Below the pieces are notes generated by a model. The model was given only the letters and a program-made list of their open reading frames with translations. It did no database searches and was not told the DNA's origin. From positions 31,983 through 95,982 of the forward strand of contig JASBTZ010000006.1 in assembly GCA_030148165.1 (NCBI GenBank): a stretch of 64,000 nucleotides of DNA, written 5' to 3'. The position numbers and the translations under genes were made by a program. Shown piece by piece: positions 37,854-47,961 of this stretch (its first letter is position 1; each line of letters begins with the position of its first letter). Source of the DNA: Bacteroidota bacterium (GTDB taxonomy: Bacteria > Bacteroidota > Bacteroidia > Flavobacteriales_D > Crocinitomicaceae).

Positions 37854-37880
37854 CGAGGCTCCAGAGCGTAATTCCGGACC

Positions 37881-39002
37881 TTATCGAATAGTTTTCAACA
37901 AGGATTGTGCAACTTTTTGACTAGCACCGCCCGCACCAAGTCTGGCGCGCAATTTGTCGTAATTATTAAGCATGTTTTCCCGATAACTATTATCGTTTAT
38001 CAGCTTATCCAATTCAGCTCTTATATTCTTCGAATTGCACTCGCGCTGGATAAGTTCCTTAACAACTTCTTCGTCCATGATAAGGTTAACTAAGGAAATA
38101 TAATCCACGTTCACCAATTGCCTGGCTATCTGGTAAGAAATAGCGGAGCCTTTATAACATACTACTTCCGGCACGCCAAATAACGCTGTTTCCAATGTCG
38201 CAGTTCCTGATGTAACTACCGCGAATGACGCATTTGAAAGTAACGAATAAGTCTGTCCAAAGACAACTTTGGCGTCATCATCTATTAATTCCTTGTAAAA
38301 ATCAGCCGGAATAGAAGGTGCTCCCGCTATAACAATTTCAAACTGTTCATATGCACGAAGAGCTTCCATCATGATGGGCAGCTTCACTTTAATTTCCTGT
38401 TTTCGTGACCCGGGAAGAACTGCGATTATCTTATTATCGTTTATTCCATTGTTGTGCCTGAAACTTGCCGCCTCTTCCCTGCTTTCAAATTCATCAATCG
38501 CATCTATCAAGGGATGCCCCACAAACTCTACCTCGTAATCAAAATTCTGGTAAAATGGCTTTTCAAAGGGTAAAATGACGTACATATGATCGACATATTT
38601 CTTGATCTTTTTAACTCTTGACTGCTTCCATGCCCATACCTGAGGAGATATGTAATAATGCACCTCGATGTTATTCTTGTGAGCCCACTCCGCTATTCTC
38701 AAATTAAACCCCGGATAATCAATCAATACGAGTGCATCGGGTTTAAACTCCAGAATATCCTCCTTACAAAACTTCATGTTACCCAGAATCGTGCGTAGAT
38801 TGGCAACAACCTCAATAAAGCCCATGAATGCGAGGTCCTTTATGTGCTTTACCCTTCCCTCCGTTACTGCTGACATCAAATCGCCTCCCCAATATCTGAA
38901 TTCAGCTTCAGGTTCTTCTGCAATCAATGCTTTCATCAGATTTGATCCGTGCAAGTCACCGGATGCTTCACCGGCAATTATATATATGCGCGGTCCGCTC
39001 AT
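37881..39002 (-). CDS. lpxB: Lipid-A-disaccharide synthase
   Basis: 373 aa with N-terminal IAGEASGDLHGSNL and the GT19 fold. It sits in the surE / membrane protein / lpxB order seen in Flavobacteriia. Confidence 0.9.
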   Translation of the reverse strand: MSGPRIYIIAGEASGDLHGSNLMKALIAEEPEAEFRYWGGDLMSAVTEGRVKHIKDLAFMGFIEVVANLRTILGNMKFCKEDILEFKPDALVLIDYPGFNLRIAEWAHKNNIEVHYYISPQVWAWKQSRVKKIKKYVDHMYVILPFEKPFYQNFDYEVEFVGHPLIDAIDEFESREEAASFRHNNGINDNKIIAVLPGSRKQEIKVKLPIMMEALRAYEQFEIVIAGAPSIPADFYKELIDDDAKVVFGQTYSLLSNASFAVVTSGTATLETALFGVPEVVCYKGSAISYQIARQLVNVDYISLVNLIMDEEVVKELIQRECNSKNIRAELDKLINDNSYRENMLNNYDKLRARLGAGGASQKVAQSLLKTIR

Positions 39003-39005
39003 CTA

Positions 39006-39311
39006 CTAAAAAAATTTGATATAAATAACGTATGGCGCGTATAGCATTGACCCCAGTATAATTCCCATCGCCACATTATAACGTTCCCGATTGAGAAATA
39101 TGTAAAACCAGATAAGATTTGACAGTATCGAAAGGGTCAGGATCTTCACACGGTAATCAAGTATGATCTTAAATTTCACCCAAAGCTGTGAGTAGTAATA
39201 ATCACCAACCCAAGTAAGAATTAAGAATACAAGAGGGACAAAAAGCAAAGGCAAAATGAAGCCAATTATTAATCCCTTCGTATGATCCATCGTCCAATTT
39301 CTCAGATTCAT
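39006..39311 (-). CDS. Small three-TM membrane protein
   Basis: 101-aa hydrophobic ORF overlapping the surE stop by 4 nt. Confidence 0.5.
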   Translation of the reverse strand: MNLRNWTMDHTKGLIIGFILPLLFVPLVFLILTWVGDYYYSQLWVKFKIILDYRVKILTLSILSNLIWFYIFLNRERYNVAMGIILGSMLYAPYVIYIKFF

Positions 39312-40078
39312 AATTCCCAGTTTTTAATTTTATTAAGCGAATCAAAGGCAGTCATATCAAATTTCGTTGGAACGATCGTTGTAAATCCTTTTTCGATCCA
39401 GTATAGATCTGTGTCCTCAGCCTGCTCTTGGTCACGAAATTCACCTGTTAACCAATAGTAGGGTTTATTGAACTGATCAAGTCTTTTGTCAAATCGATCT
39501 TCCCAATAAGCATGTGCCTGTCGACAAACCTTAATTCCCTTGTAATCTTCTATTGCTACATACGGAACATTTACATTCAGGCAAACGCCATCCTCCAAAC
39601 CATTCATTAAAATGTGTTTAGAAACATTAGTAACAACTTCCTTTGCAATACTAAAATCGGCATCCTGATCAAATGAACAAAGTGAAAAACCAACACTCGG
39701 TATGCCTTCCATCGACCCTTCAACAGCCGCTGACATCGTTCCGGAATAAAGGACGTTCGTTGCCGTATTTGCGCCATGATTGATACCCGAAACTAAAAGA
39801 TCCGGTTTTCTATGCATCACTTCATAAACTCCCAACTTCACACAATCAACCGGTGTTCCTGAACATGAAAAAGCATCCTCGATTTCGAATGCCAACGACT
39901 GCGTCATGCGAATTGGATCATGGATTGTGATCGCATGCCCTGTACCTGATTGCGGTGAATCAGGTGCGATCAGAACAACGTCGCCCAATGACTTAACTGC
40001 GTCATACAAGGATCGAATTCCTTTCGCCGTGATTCCGTCGTCATTGGTTACAAAAATTAAGGGTCTTTTATCGCTCAT
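39308..40078 (-). CDS. surE: 5'/3'-nucleotidase SurE
   Basis: 256 aa with IFVTNDDGI, SGINHGAN and YSGTMSAA motifs. Confidence 0.9.
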   Translation of the reverse strand: MSDKRPLIFVTNDDGITAKGIRSLYDAVKSLGDVVLIAPDSPQSGTGHAITIHDPIRMTQSLAFEIEDAFSCSGTPVDCVKLGVYEVMHRKPDLLVSGINHGANTATNVLYSGTMSAAVEGSMEGIPSVGFSLCSFDQDADFSIAKEVVTNVSKHILMNGLEDGVCLNVNVPYVAIEDYKGIKVCRQAHAYWEDRFDKRLDQFNKPYYWLTGEFRDQEQAEDTDLYWIEKGFTTIVPTKFDMTAFDSLNKIKNWEL

Positions 40079-40166
40079 ATACGAATGTAACTACCGAGAA
40101 CACGAAAGTAACCATTCTATTATAAATCTTTCTATTTATTTAAATTGTAATCGATCGCTTTTTAAC

Positions 40167-40174
40167 TATTTTTG
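40167..40174 (+). promoter_or_regulatory. -7 box TATTTTTG upstream of the DinB-family gene
   Basis: Exact TAnnTTTG match 36 nt upstream of the ATG at 40210. Confidence 0.35.
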
Positions 40175-40209
40175 CCTCACTCATTAGAGAAGAGAATTTT
40201 AAGAGACCA

Positions 40210-40788
40210 ATGACCACGAATCAACTCATAGATATTGTTTCCAAAATCACGAAAGAAAACATAGACTATGTCGAGTCTAAACTTCTAAAGCTATCTGAAA
40301 ATCAGTTAAACTGGCGACCTAATCCCGGCGTCTGGTCTGTTGCTGAAGTACTGGCGCATTTGAATGCTTACTCTAAATATTACCATCCCACTTTCACGAA
40401 GAAAATAAAGAACACGCGCTTTAAATCTTCAAAAGAGGGCTTTATGAGTTCTCCATTAGGTCGTTCAGCATGGAAATCCATGAAGTTGGGAAGAGCGAAT
40501 AATGTAAAGCGTAAATTCAAGGCTCCTAAAGGACACAATCCTTCGATAGATGCTCATTTGATCTCGGGAAACGATGTTGTTGATTTTATTGCCGAACAAA
40601 ATGATCTTCTTGAAATCATCGATAAAGCGAAAGACGTGAACCTTAGAAGGATCAAGATTCCGATTTCCATTTCAAAAATTGTGCGATTAAGATTGGGAGA
40701 TGCCCTATTATTCGTTGTATATCATAATCAGCGACACATTCAACAGATTAAGAATCTGGTCACAAGTCCAAATTTCCCTAAAAAATAA
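40210..40788 (+). CDS. DinB-family protein
   Basis: 192 aa with WSVAEVLAHL...H early and YHNQRHIQQI late, the His triad of DinB-like bundles. Confidence 0.7.
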   Translation: MTTNQLIDIVSKITKENIDYVESKLLKLSENQLNWRPNPGVWSVAEVLAHLNAYSKYYHPTFTKKIKNTRFKSSKEGFMSSPLGRSAWKSMKLGRANNVKRKFKAPKGHNPSIDAHLISGNDVVDFIAEQNDLLEIIDKAKDVNLRRIKIPISISKIVRLRLGDALLFVVYHNQRHIQQIKNLVTSPNFPKK

Positions 40789-41534
40789 TGGCCGAACTAA
40801 CGGGATATTGTTTTGTAAGCATTTCTCCTGTACGTAAGGAACAAGCTGATTCCAGTGAAATGGTAACACAATTGCTGTTCGGTGAACCAGTGAAAATAAT
40901 GGACGTGCAAAGTCCCTGGATGAATGTCAAATCGTTGAGCGACGGTTATGAAGGATGGGTCGATCTCAAACACATAAAAACACTTTCGCAGGAAGACACA
41001 ATAACCTGGCAAGGCGAAAAACAGTGTCTACTGGCACGGGAAGCCGTGTTAGAAACCCCACAAGGAAAGCAGGTTATTTGCCGTGGCTCCTATATTTCAG
41101 ATAATTCAGTGTTTCAGATTGGAGTCAACCACTATCGAATTGATCCGGGACAGACTAGCTATTCGTCCTTGATTGACCTGGCGAAAGAATATATGAATAC
41201 TCCCTACTTATGGGGTGGTAAAACACCCTATGGTATAGATTGTTCCGGATTTACTCAGATCGTCCATCGTTGCTTTCGAATTGAGCTCCCTCGAGATGCT
41301 TCCCAACAATATGAGTTTGGTTCAGAAGTCAGTTTCGAAGACGCTCGCGAAGGAGATCTTGCCTTCTTCGAGAACAAAACCGGTAAAATAACGCATGTTG
41401 GGATATTATTGGACAATGAGAGAATCATTCACGCCAGCGGACAGGTTCGAATTGATGAATTAAAAAAAGAAGGGATTTATAGGTCTGACTTTAAGAGGAT
41501 CACTCATCTGATGGCTGGGATCAGGCGTTTGTAA
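40788..41534 (+). CDS. NlpC/P60 (C40) peptidoglycan endopeptidase with N-terminal SH3-like domains
   Basis: 248 aa with YLWGGKTPYGIDCSGF (catalytic Cys) and ITHVGILL...IHAS (His). Confidence 0.85.
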   Translation: MAELTGYCFVSISPVRKEQADSSEMVTQLLFGEPVKIMDVQSPWMNVKSLSDGYEGWVDLKHIKTLSQEDTITWQGEKQCLLAREAVLETPQGKQVICRGSYISDNSVFQIGVNHYRIDPGQTSYSSLIDLAKEYMNTPYLWGGKTPYGIDCSGFTQIVHRCFRIELPRDASQQYEFGSEVSFEDAREGDLAFFENKTGKITHVGILLDNERIIHASGQVRIDELKKEGIYRSDFKRITHLMAGIRRL

Positions 41535-41564
41535 ATAATTCGACATATTTGTAAAAAAAGGAGC

Positions 41565-42488
41565 ATGAAGATACTCATAACAGGTGGAGCAGGATTTATT
41601 GGTAGCAACCTCGCTAAAAGGTTGGTTATAGATGGGCATGATGTTGTCGTGCTTGACTCGTTGCTAAGAGGTAATAAGCTTGACAAAGACACCTTCTCAA
41701 AGATAAAATTCATCAAAGGAGATGTTCGCGAACTGGATGTTGTCATTAATGCTTCAGCAGGCTGTGATCTGATATTTCATTTTGCTGCTGTACTTGGCGT
41801 TGACATTGTTGCCGATAACCCGGTTGAAACAATGGATGTAGAGGTTATTGGTACACGAAATGTAGTTACCGCTGCGGAAATAAACAATATCAAGAAGATC
41901 ATGTATGCTTCGACGAGTGGTATTTATGGTCACTCTGCAATTGAGAGCAGCGCCTTAACGGAAGAAGTGCTAGTAGACCCTCGAACTTCGTACGCAATGG
42001 CTAAAAGGTATAATGAGATCTATTTAGCTTCTCATCACGAAGAGAAAGGGATAGATGTAACATCCTTGCGCTTTTTTAATGTTTACGGATCAAATCAGGA
42101 TAATCGAATGGTGATTCCTCGTTTCTTTGAACAAGCTCTCAGAGGGGATAATATCACAGTTTTCGGTACGGGAAAACAAACGAGAGACTTTACTTATATA
42201 GACGATACCGTTGAAGCATGTATTCGACTGATACCGGTTAAAGGATGTCACATTATCAATATTGCTAATGAAGCAGAATGGTGTATCGAAGACGTGGCTA
42301 ATGAAATAAAAGGGGTGACAAACTCCGATTCAGAGATTATCTACATCAAAGCTCCTAAAAAGCGTTATGATTATGAGGTAGAGCGACGTGTTGGAAGTTC
42401 GGAAAAACTCATGGAGTTAACTTCTTATAAACCGCTGACAACCCTCAAGGAAGGAATCAAGAAGATTTACGAAATTAATTATCAATAA
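41565..42488 (+). CDS. NAD-dependent epimerase/dehydratase (SDR, UDP-sugar modifying)
   Basis: 307 aa with the Rossmann motif [12 protein letters not shown] and catalytic YAMAK. Confidence 0.85.
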   Translation: MKILITGGAGFIGSNLAKRLVIDGHDVVVLDSLLRGNKLDKDTFSKIKFIKGDVRELDVVINASAGCDLIFHFAAVLGVDIVADNPVETMDVEVIGTRNVVTAAEINNIKKIMYASTSGIYGHSAIESSALTEEVLVDPRTSYAMAKRYNEIYLASHHEEKGIDVTSLRFFNVYGSNQDNRMVIPRFFEQALRGDNITVFGTGKQTRDFTYIDDTVEACIRLIPVKGCHIINIANEAEWCIEDVANEIKGVTNSDSEIIYIKAPKKRYDYEVERRVGSSEKLMELTSYKPLTTLKEGIKKIYEINYQ

Positions 42489-42490
42489 AC

Positions 42491-43765
42491 ATGGCTAGAG
42501 ACACTCAACTGTTCGATTTAATTGAAAGGGAAAAAAACCGTCAACTTCACGGAATAGAATTAATTGCAAGTGAAAACTTTGTAAGTGAGCAAGTGTTAGA
42601 AGCGATGGGAAGCGTCCTCACAAACAAATATGCAGAGGGTCTTCCTGGTAAAAGATATTACGGTGGATGTGAAGTTGTCGATGAAGTAGAAAACCTGGCT
42701 ATTGAAAGACTTTGCAAATTATTCGGTGCTGAATGGGCTAATGTTCAGCCTCACTCAGGTGCTCAGGCAAATGCCGCCGTGTTACTGTCATGTTTGAATG
42801 CAGGCGATAAAATACTTGGTTTCGATCTTTCTCATGGTGGACACCTTACGCACGGTTCTCCGGTGAACTTCTCCGGAAAATTGTACGAACCACATTTCTA
42901 CGGAGTAAATAAGGAAACAGGACGTGTGGATTACGATCAGCTGGAAGAAGTTGCGCTTAGGGAAAAACCGAAACTTATTATTTGTGGTGCTTCAGCATAC
43001 AGTCGTGATTGGGACTACGAACGTATTCGAAGTGTTGCAGACAAGATCGGAGCACTCGTTTTAGCAGACATTTCGCACCCGGCGGGACTCATTGCCTGTG
43101 GTTTATTGAATGATCCTCTCAAACATTGTCATATTGTTACAACCACTACGCATAAGACTCTTAGAGGACCGCGAGGTGGCGTTATAATGATGGGACAGAA
43201 TTTTGATAATCCTTGGGGAATCACTTGGAAAAACGGCAACGCAAGATCCATGGCCTCAATTCTTGATGCGGGAGTATTCCCGGGTACTCAAGGAGGGCCT
43301 TTGGAACATGTAATTGCTTCTAAGGCAGTTGCTTTTGGTGAAGCGTTAAGTCCGGAATACAAATCATACATTGAGCGGGTTAAAGCAAATGCAGCTGAAA
43401 TGGCGAGCGCATTTGTTGATATGGGATATGCCGTGATTTCAGGTGGTACTGATAATCATTCTATGTTGATCGATCTGAGATCCAAATCGGTTACAGGTAA
43501 AGATGCCGAAAACGCATTAGTAAGAGCTGATATTACCGTTAACAAAAATATGGTACCTTTTGATACCGAATCACCCTTCGTTACTTCAGGCATCCGAGTA
43601 GGAACATCTGCAATTACAACACGTGGTGTTGAGCTCGGCGAGATTAGCAAAATCGTTGAACTAGTGGATAAAGTAATCACGAACATCGATAATGATCACG
43701 TTATCAATGAAGTTCGCAATGAAGTAAATGGATTGATGTCGCATCGACCATTATTCAAATGGTAA
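42491..43765 (+). CDS. glyA: Serine hydroxymethyltransferase
   Basis: 424 aa with [15 protein letters not shown] and [14 protein letters not shown] (PLP Lys). Confidence 0.95.
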   Translation: MARDTQLFDLIEREKNRQLHGIELIASENFVSEQVLEAMGSVLTNKYAEGLPGKRYYGGCEVVDEVENLAIERLCKLFGAEWANVQPHSGAQANAAVLLSCLNAGDKILGFDLSHGGHLTHGSPVNFSGKLYEPHFYGVNKETGRVDYDQLEEVALREKPKLIICGASAYSRDWDYERIRSVADKIGALVLADISHPAGLIACGLLNDPLKHCHIVTTTTHKTLRGPRGGVIMMGQNFDNPWGITWKNGNARSMASILDAGVFPGTQGGPLEHVIASKAVAFGEALSPEYKSYIERVKANAAEMASAFVDMGYAVISGGTDNHSMLIDLRSKSVTGKDAENALVRADITVNKNMVPFDTESPFVTSGIRVGTSAITTRGVELGEISKIVELVDKVITNIDNDHVINEVRNEVNGLMSHRPLFKW

Positions 43766-43772
43766 AAGCAAG

Positions 43773-45434
43773 TTAGGGCCTCCAGTATCGAAAGCTCTGG
43801 TCTGGATTCAGATTATCTATAAAGATTATTTTAAACATCTCTCCTTTTGCGGTATGGATCATCTCCGTGATTCCATTGTCAATTTCAGGAGTACGCTTAT
43901 TCTCATTGAAAAACTTTGTTTCCATTAACTCGTATGTGCCATCGATGTACTGAAGAAAGATAGACACAATCTCGCCGTTTTCCAACCGTGCTTTACCGCT
44001 AACGCAGGTGCTGTTCATGTCATAGTCAAAAAAACTAACTATGACATTTCTATGCATACCATCTTCAATCCTTGTTGAACCTCTCATTTCAAACTCGTAC
44101 GACATACACGTATAGCAATCTAATGGGCAACTCAACGGCACAGAAGCTATTTTATATTTCTTCGGTTCGGGTTTGAGGTAATCGATAAATACAATCCTGA
44201 ACTCTTCACCATTGTCTGAATAGATCATTTCACTTATACCGTTACTAATTGTCGGCGGTTGATTATCTACGTTGAAGAACTTGTGATCATACGAGTCATA
44301 AGTGTTATCATTATACTGTAAGAACACGGACGCAATTGTCCCGTCCTCCACTCTTACCTTGCCCGAAATGCAATAACTATCAACACCCTCAAAGAAGCTG
44401 ATGACAACATTTCGATGCCATTCGTCCGGAACTGGATAGGCACCCCTTCCCTCAAATATCTTTTCCAACGTATTAAAACAACCCGGATCATGTTTGTATT
44501 GTACTTTAAGATTCACCTTATCACAATTATCCTTAGCGACATCAATCGTTCCCGTCCAGGTCTTCACTTTAGATTTTGCCACATAATCATAACTTCCCAC
44601 AGGTAATTCAAAGCTGAGACAAGCACTGTTTGTCTCTCCACATTCCGGAATAAAATGCTTTTTGGGATAGTGTCCCTTAATTGAGCCTACGAAGCGATCT
44701 TCGAGGAACAGATCAACCACTCCTATATTTTTGTCATTGACATGAAATACAACAGAACCAAACTCTGAAGGCTCCTGTTCTGACTTTGAAAGTGACGCCT
44801 GATACAAAGGAACGGGGTTCATTTTTTTATCTGACAACAATCCTTGCAATTTGCTATTGGGAACAACCAGGTTTAGTTTTTCGCCTTCCACTATGGACAT
44901 AACGGTAACTCCAATCAGTTCACCGTCAATATTTAATAAAGGACCTCCACTACTACCGGGAGCTACAGTCGTCTTTATCTCAAAGAACGTATGTTCATTG
45001 ATAATTCTTTCTCCTGAAACGGTCCCAGAGTTAAACTTTGCGTTTTCATTAAAGGGATTGTCAAAGGCAAAGACTCCTTGATCGATTCCAATTTCTTCGC
45101 TGGCTATTGGAACAGGGCTGCCTTTTAGTCCTTTTACTTTTAATATGACCAGATCCGTTTGTTCATCTTTGGCAACATAACCTAAGATATCGTATTCAAC
45201 AACCTTATTACTGAGATTACATGTGGCTCGCGTTGCCCCTTCAATAACGTGATAATTCGTAACAATCAGACTTGGCTCAATGAAAAATCCCGACCCGATC
45301 CCTTTATCGGTAGTTACCGTTACTGTAGAATTTAATCTGGTCCTGTTTACCTCAGATGCGTTCTGTGTGCGTCCGGTAAAAGACATAATTAAAACACCAA
45401 GTACAGCTAATATGTATTTAGCAAAGCAAGCCAC
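43773..45434 (-). CDS. Secreted trypsin-like (S1, HtrA-like core) serine protease. It lacks PDZ domains and carries a middle beta-rich region and two copies of an unassigned ~105-aa domain.
   Basis: 553 aa with an N-terminal signal/anchor. The catalytic triad is read as H62 (TNYHV), D94 (TDLVILK) and S162 (GSSGGP). Duplicated C-terminal modules are residues 319-422 and 440-544. Confidence 0.8.
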   Translation of the reverse strand: MACFAKYILAVLGVLIMSFTGRTQNASEVNRTRLNSTVTVTTDKGIGSGFFIEPSLIVTNYHVIEGATRATCNLSNKVVEYDILGYVAKDEQTDLVILKVKGLKGSPVPIASEEIGIDQGVFAFDNPFNENAKFNSGTVSGERIINEHTFFEIKTTVAPGSSGGPLLNIDGELIGVTVMSIVEGEKLNLVVPNSKLQGLLSDKKMNPVPLYQASLSKSEQEPSEFGSVVFHVNDKNIGVVDLFLEDRFVGSIKGHYPKKHFIPECGETNSACLSFELPVGSYDYVAKSKVKTWTGTIDVAKDNCDKVNLKVQYKHDPGCFNTLEKIFEGRGAYPVPDEWHRNVVISFFEGVDSYCISGKVRVEDGTIASVFLQYNDNTYDSYDHKFFNVDNQPPTISNGISEMIYSDNGEEFRIVFIDYLKPEPKKYKIASVPLSCPLDCYTCMSYEFEMRGSTRIEDGMHRNVIVSFFDYDMNSTCVSGKARLENGEIVSIFLQYIDGTYELMETKFFNENKRTPEIDNGITEMIHTAKGEMFKIIFIDNLNPDQSFRYWRP

Positions 45435-45463
45435 TTTTGAGATAGTAATATTGGAGGCTCGTA

Positions 45464-45889
45464 CTATAGATCAGAAGGATCGAAATCAACCTCTTTCAAC
45501 TTCTTCTTCTTCGGTTTTATGGACTCGATAAAAACGATTTTAAATGATTCACTATCCGTATTAATGATCATTTCTGTAATTCCGTTAGTAATTGTTGGAG
45601 GCTGTTTTTTAGTATTATAAAAAGTTCCTTTCATCGGCTCGGTGGAACCATCTTCATATTCCATGAAAACACCTGTAATAAATCCCCTTTCAACTTTTGC
45701 TTTTCCGGAAACGCAGTATTCACCTGATTTTTCAAAGAAACAGAGAACTACATTATCATGCATTCCATCCGGAACCGGGTTAGAACCTCTTTCTTCAAAG
45801 GCCTTTTCCATTTTTGAATAACAATCCTGGCCAAATGAAGCGAAGGTGATAAATGTTCCGAAGAACAGCAATAGTAATCCTTTTTTCAT
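45464..45889 (-). CDS. Small secreted protein made of a single copy of the same unassigned ~105-aa domain
   Basis: Signal peptide MKKGLLLLFFGTFITFASFGQ, then C31..P134. This segment aligns without gaps to both modules of the downstream protease. The track start 45913 adds 8 residues. Confidence 0.65.
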   Translation of the reverse strand: MKKGLLLLFFGTFITFASFGQDCYSKMEKAFEERGSNPVPDGMHDNVVLCFFEKSGEYCVSGKAKVERGFITGVFMEYEDGSTEPMKGTFYNTKKQPPTITNGITEMIINTDSESFKIVFIESIKPKKKKLKEVDFDPSDL

Positions 45890-45924
45890 AGTTCGTTTGT
45901 TTGTTGTGAGCATGGCTCGATTTT

Positions 45925-45932
45925 CAAATATA
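45925..45932 (-). promoter_or_regulatory. -7 box TATATTTG upstream of the two-gene protease unit
   Basis: Exact TAnnTTTG match on the minus strand, 12-19 nt upstream of ATG 45913 and 36-43 nt upstream of ATG 45889. Confidence 0.35.
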
Positions 45933-45976
45933 GCAAGTTTGGTTCAAATTAAACCGGCTGCTGTTTTATTATTATT

Positions 45977-45984
45977 TATTTTTG
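45977..45984 (+). promoter_or_regulatory. -7 box TATTTTTG upstream of gmhA
   Basis: Exact TAnnTTTG match 16 nt upstream of the ATG at 46000. The TTG start used by the ORF track (45982) lies inside this box. Confidence 0.35.
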
Positions 45985-45999
45985 AAAAAATTCAAATCG

Positions 46000-46569
46000 A
46001 TGGCTAAGAATCAAATAGCAGACCATTTTTCGGAGGCGATAGAAATTTTGCAAAAATTTAACACGGTTTCGAATTTCGAGAAGATCGAAAATGCCGGAAT
46101 AATAATGGTAGAATCGATTCGAAATGGCGGCAAGATTATTAGCTGTGGTAATGGTGGATCCATGTGTGATGCGATGCATTTCGCAGAAGAATTAACTGGT
46201 CGGTACCGAGATGACAGGAAAGCTATACCAGCGATTTCCATAAGTGACCCGAGTCATATTTCATGTGTTGGGAACGACTACGGATTTGAAGCAATATTTT
46301 CCCGATTTATCGAAGCAATGGGAAATACAGGAGATGTTCTATTAGCTATATCTACATCAGGAAATTCAAGAAATGTTTTGGAAGCTTCAAAGGTAGCAAA
46401 GGATAAAGGAATGAAGGTTATTGCTTTAACCGGAAAAGATGGTGGTCAACTCGCTGACTTGTGCGACATTGAGATTCGTGCTCCATATTCTAAATTTGCC
46501 GATCGTGCTCAGGAGATACACATCAAAGTTATACACAGTTTAATCGATTACGTTGAAAACAATCTCTAG
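46000..46569 (+). CDS. gmhA: D-sedoheptulose-7-phosphate isomerase (SIS domain)
   Basis: [10 protein letters not shown]..., [17 protein letters not shown] and ISTSGNS motifs. Confidence 0.85.
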   Translation: MAKNQIADHFSEAIEILQKFNTVSNFEKIENAGIIMVESIRNGGKIISCGNGGSMCDAMHFAEELTGRYRDDRKAIPAISISDPSHISCVGNDYGFEAIFSRFIEAMGNTGDVLLAISTSGNSRNVLEASKVAKDKGMKVIALTGKDGGQLADLCDIEIRAPYSKFADRAQEIHIKVIHSLIDYVENNL

Positions 46570-46597
46570 ATGATTGGATACATGAAATTGAATTAAC

Positions 46598-46605
46598 TAT
46601 TTTTG
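46598..46605 (+). promoter_or_regulatory. -7 box TATTTTTG upstream of the TerB-like gene
   Basis: Exact TAnnTTTG match 22 nt upstream of ATG 46627. The track's TTG start 46603 lies inside the box. Confidence 0.35.
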
Positions 46606-46626
46606 CACCGAATTTTAATTGAAAAA

Positions 46627-47049
46627 ATGGGAACAATCGCTCAACTATTTGAATCAGGAGAACATAGCTCAAAGAAAGGAATGTTTAACAACCTCGTAAT
46701 GATCGCGAGAGTAGATGGAAAGATCGACAACGACGAGATAGATCTGTTAAATCGCTTTGCAGAGCGACTATCACTTACTTCTGAACAAGTAAAAGAGATC
46801 ATTGAAAATCCGAATTCTTACCCAATGATTCCACCGGTAAACAAACGAGAACGCCTTGAGCGTTTCGTTCAATTCGTTCAAATGACGAATGTAGACGGTG
46901 TAATTGACCCGAAAGAAGAAGCTTTGATCGGTAAATACGGCATTGCACTCGGCATTGATTCAGAGAAGCTCGAAAACATCGAACAGACTGTTATCAATGA
47001 TGTAAAGGCAGGGGCTTCAATGGATGATATCCTTATCAAAGTTCTCTAG
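46627..47049 (+). CDS. TerB-like (tellurite-resistance / DjlA-N-type) helical protein
   Basis: 141 aa with two VDG.ID..E repeats: ARVDGKIDNDEIDLL and TNVDGVIDPKEEALI. Confidence 0.6.
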   Translation: MGTIAQLFESGEHSSKKGMFNNLVMIARVDGKIDNDEIDLLNRFAERLSLTSEQVKEIIENPNSYPMIPPVNKRERLERFVQFVQMTNVDGVIDPKEEALIGKYGIALGIDSEKLENIEQTVINDVKAGASMDDILIKVL

Positions 47050-47130
47050 AATTCCGGACTTGTAAATAACCTGTTGAAAACTCAGCTTCCGAAAGCTGTT
47101 ATACTTACCGTGCTGATTGCAATTATTAGC

Positions 47131-47138
47131 TAAATTTG
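47131..47138 (+). promoter_or_regulatory. -7 box TAAATTTG upstream of fur
   Basis: Exact TAnnTTTG match 19 nt upstream of ATG 47157. Confidence 0.35.
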
Positions 47139-47156
47139 TTCTTTTAGACTATAGCG

Positions 47157-47606
47157 ATGGCTACCGAAGAATTACAAGAGCAGGTAAAGAATATCTTCTC
47201 GGCATATCTTGAACAAAACGGACACAGGAAGACTCCTGAACGATTCGCTATACTCGCAGAAATTTACAATTACGACGGGCATTTTGATATTGAGTCACTC
47301 TATGTGGAGATGAAGAATCAGAATTATCGGGTATCGCGAGCAACGCTTTACAATACCATAGAGTTATTATTAGCGTGTAACCTGGTGAGAAAACATCAGT
47401 TCGGTTCGAACATAGCTCAATTTGAAAAGGCACATGGTTCAAAGCAACACGACCACGTGATTCTTACAGACAGCGGCGAGTTACTTGAATTTTGTGACCC
47501 TCGTATACAAACAATCAAATCAACCATAGAAGATATCTTCGATATAGATATTCAACACCATTCGTTGTACTTCTATGGAACCCGTAGAAAATCAAAAAAG
47601 AAATAA
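47157..47606 (+). CDS. fur: Fur-family metalloregulator
   Basis: 149 aa with winged-helix [13 protein letters not shown]...[12 protein letters not shown] and C-terminal metal ligands HDHVIL...FCDP. Confidence 0.8.
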   Translation: MATEELQEQVKNIFSAYLEQNGHRKTPERFAILAEIYNYDGHFDIESLYVEMKNQNYRVSRATLYNTIELLLACNLVRKHQFGSNIAQFEKAHGSKQHDHVILTDSGELLEFCDPRIQTIKSTIEDIFDIDIQHHSLYFYGTRRKSKKK

Positions 47607-47961
47607 CTTGAACCTGAGCTACGAAATATCAATAGAAGATCCGGTAGTCGTTTATAACCTGAAAGGGAAAATCACAAACGAACTGGAATACGAAGCACTC
47701 GAGAAAGAGGTGTTTAATCTATTAAATCAGAACTATTATCGAATCGTGTTTGATTTGGAAGGATTAACGCATACCAATTCGTCAGGTATCGCTTTTTTCA
47801 TGAAGACACTTACTAAGTCGCGAATCATGGGGGGCGACCTGATACTAATAGGCGTTCAGGGAAACGTGAAGAAAGTATTTGAGATAGCTAAACTTGATGA
47901 AGTATATACGATATATGAAAATCTGGAGGAAGCACTAAATCATTATAAAGCATTACAATGA
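47575..47961 (+). CDS. STAS-domain protein (anti-sigma-factor antagonist type)
   Basis: 128 aa with [16 protein letters not shown], the conserved phospho-Ser loop of SpoIIAA/RsbV-like proteins. The start could instead be the in-frame TTG at 47608, just after the fur stop. Confidence 0.7.
   Translation: MEPVENQKRNNLNLSYEISIEDPVVVYNLKGKITNELEYEALEKEVFNLLNQNYYRIVFDLEGLTHTNSSGIAFFMKTLTKSRIMGGDLILIGVQGNVKKVFEIAKLDEVYTIYENLEEALNHYKALQ

Noticed and set aside
47060-47100. Hairpin cagctt-ccga-aagctg after the TerB-like gene as a terminator
   Set aside because: It is a 6-bp stem without a following T-run, so it is not convincing enough to annotate.
47111-47130. tgattgcaattattagc upstream of fur as a possible Fur box (autoregulation)
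   Set aside because: It only loosely resembles the enterobacterial GATAATGATAATCATTATC consensus. I do not know the Bacteroidota Fur box well enough, and AT-rich matches are expected by chance.
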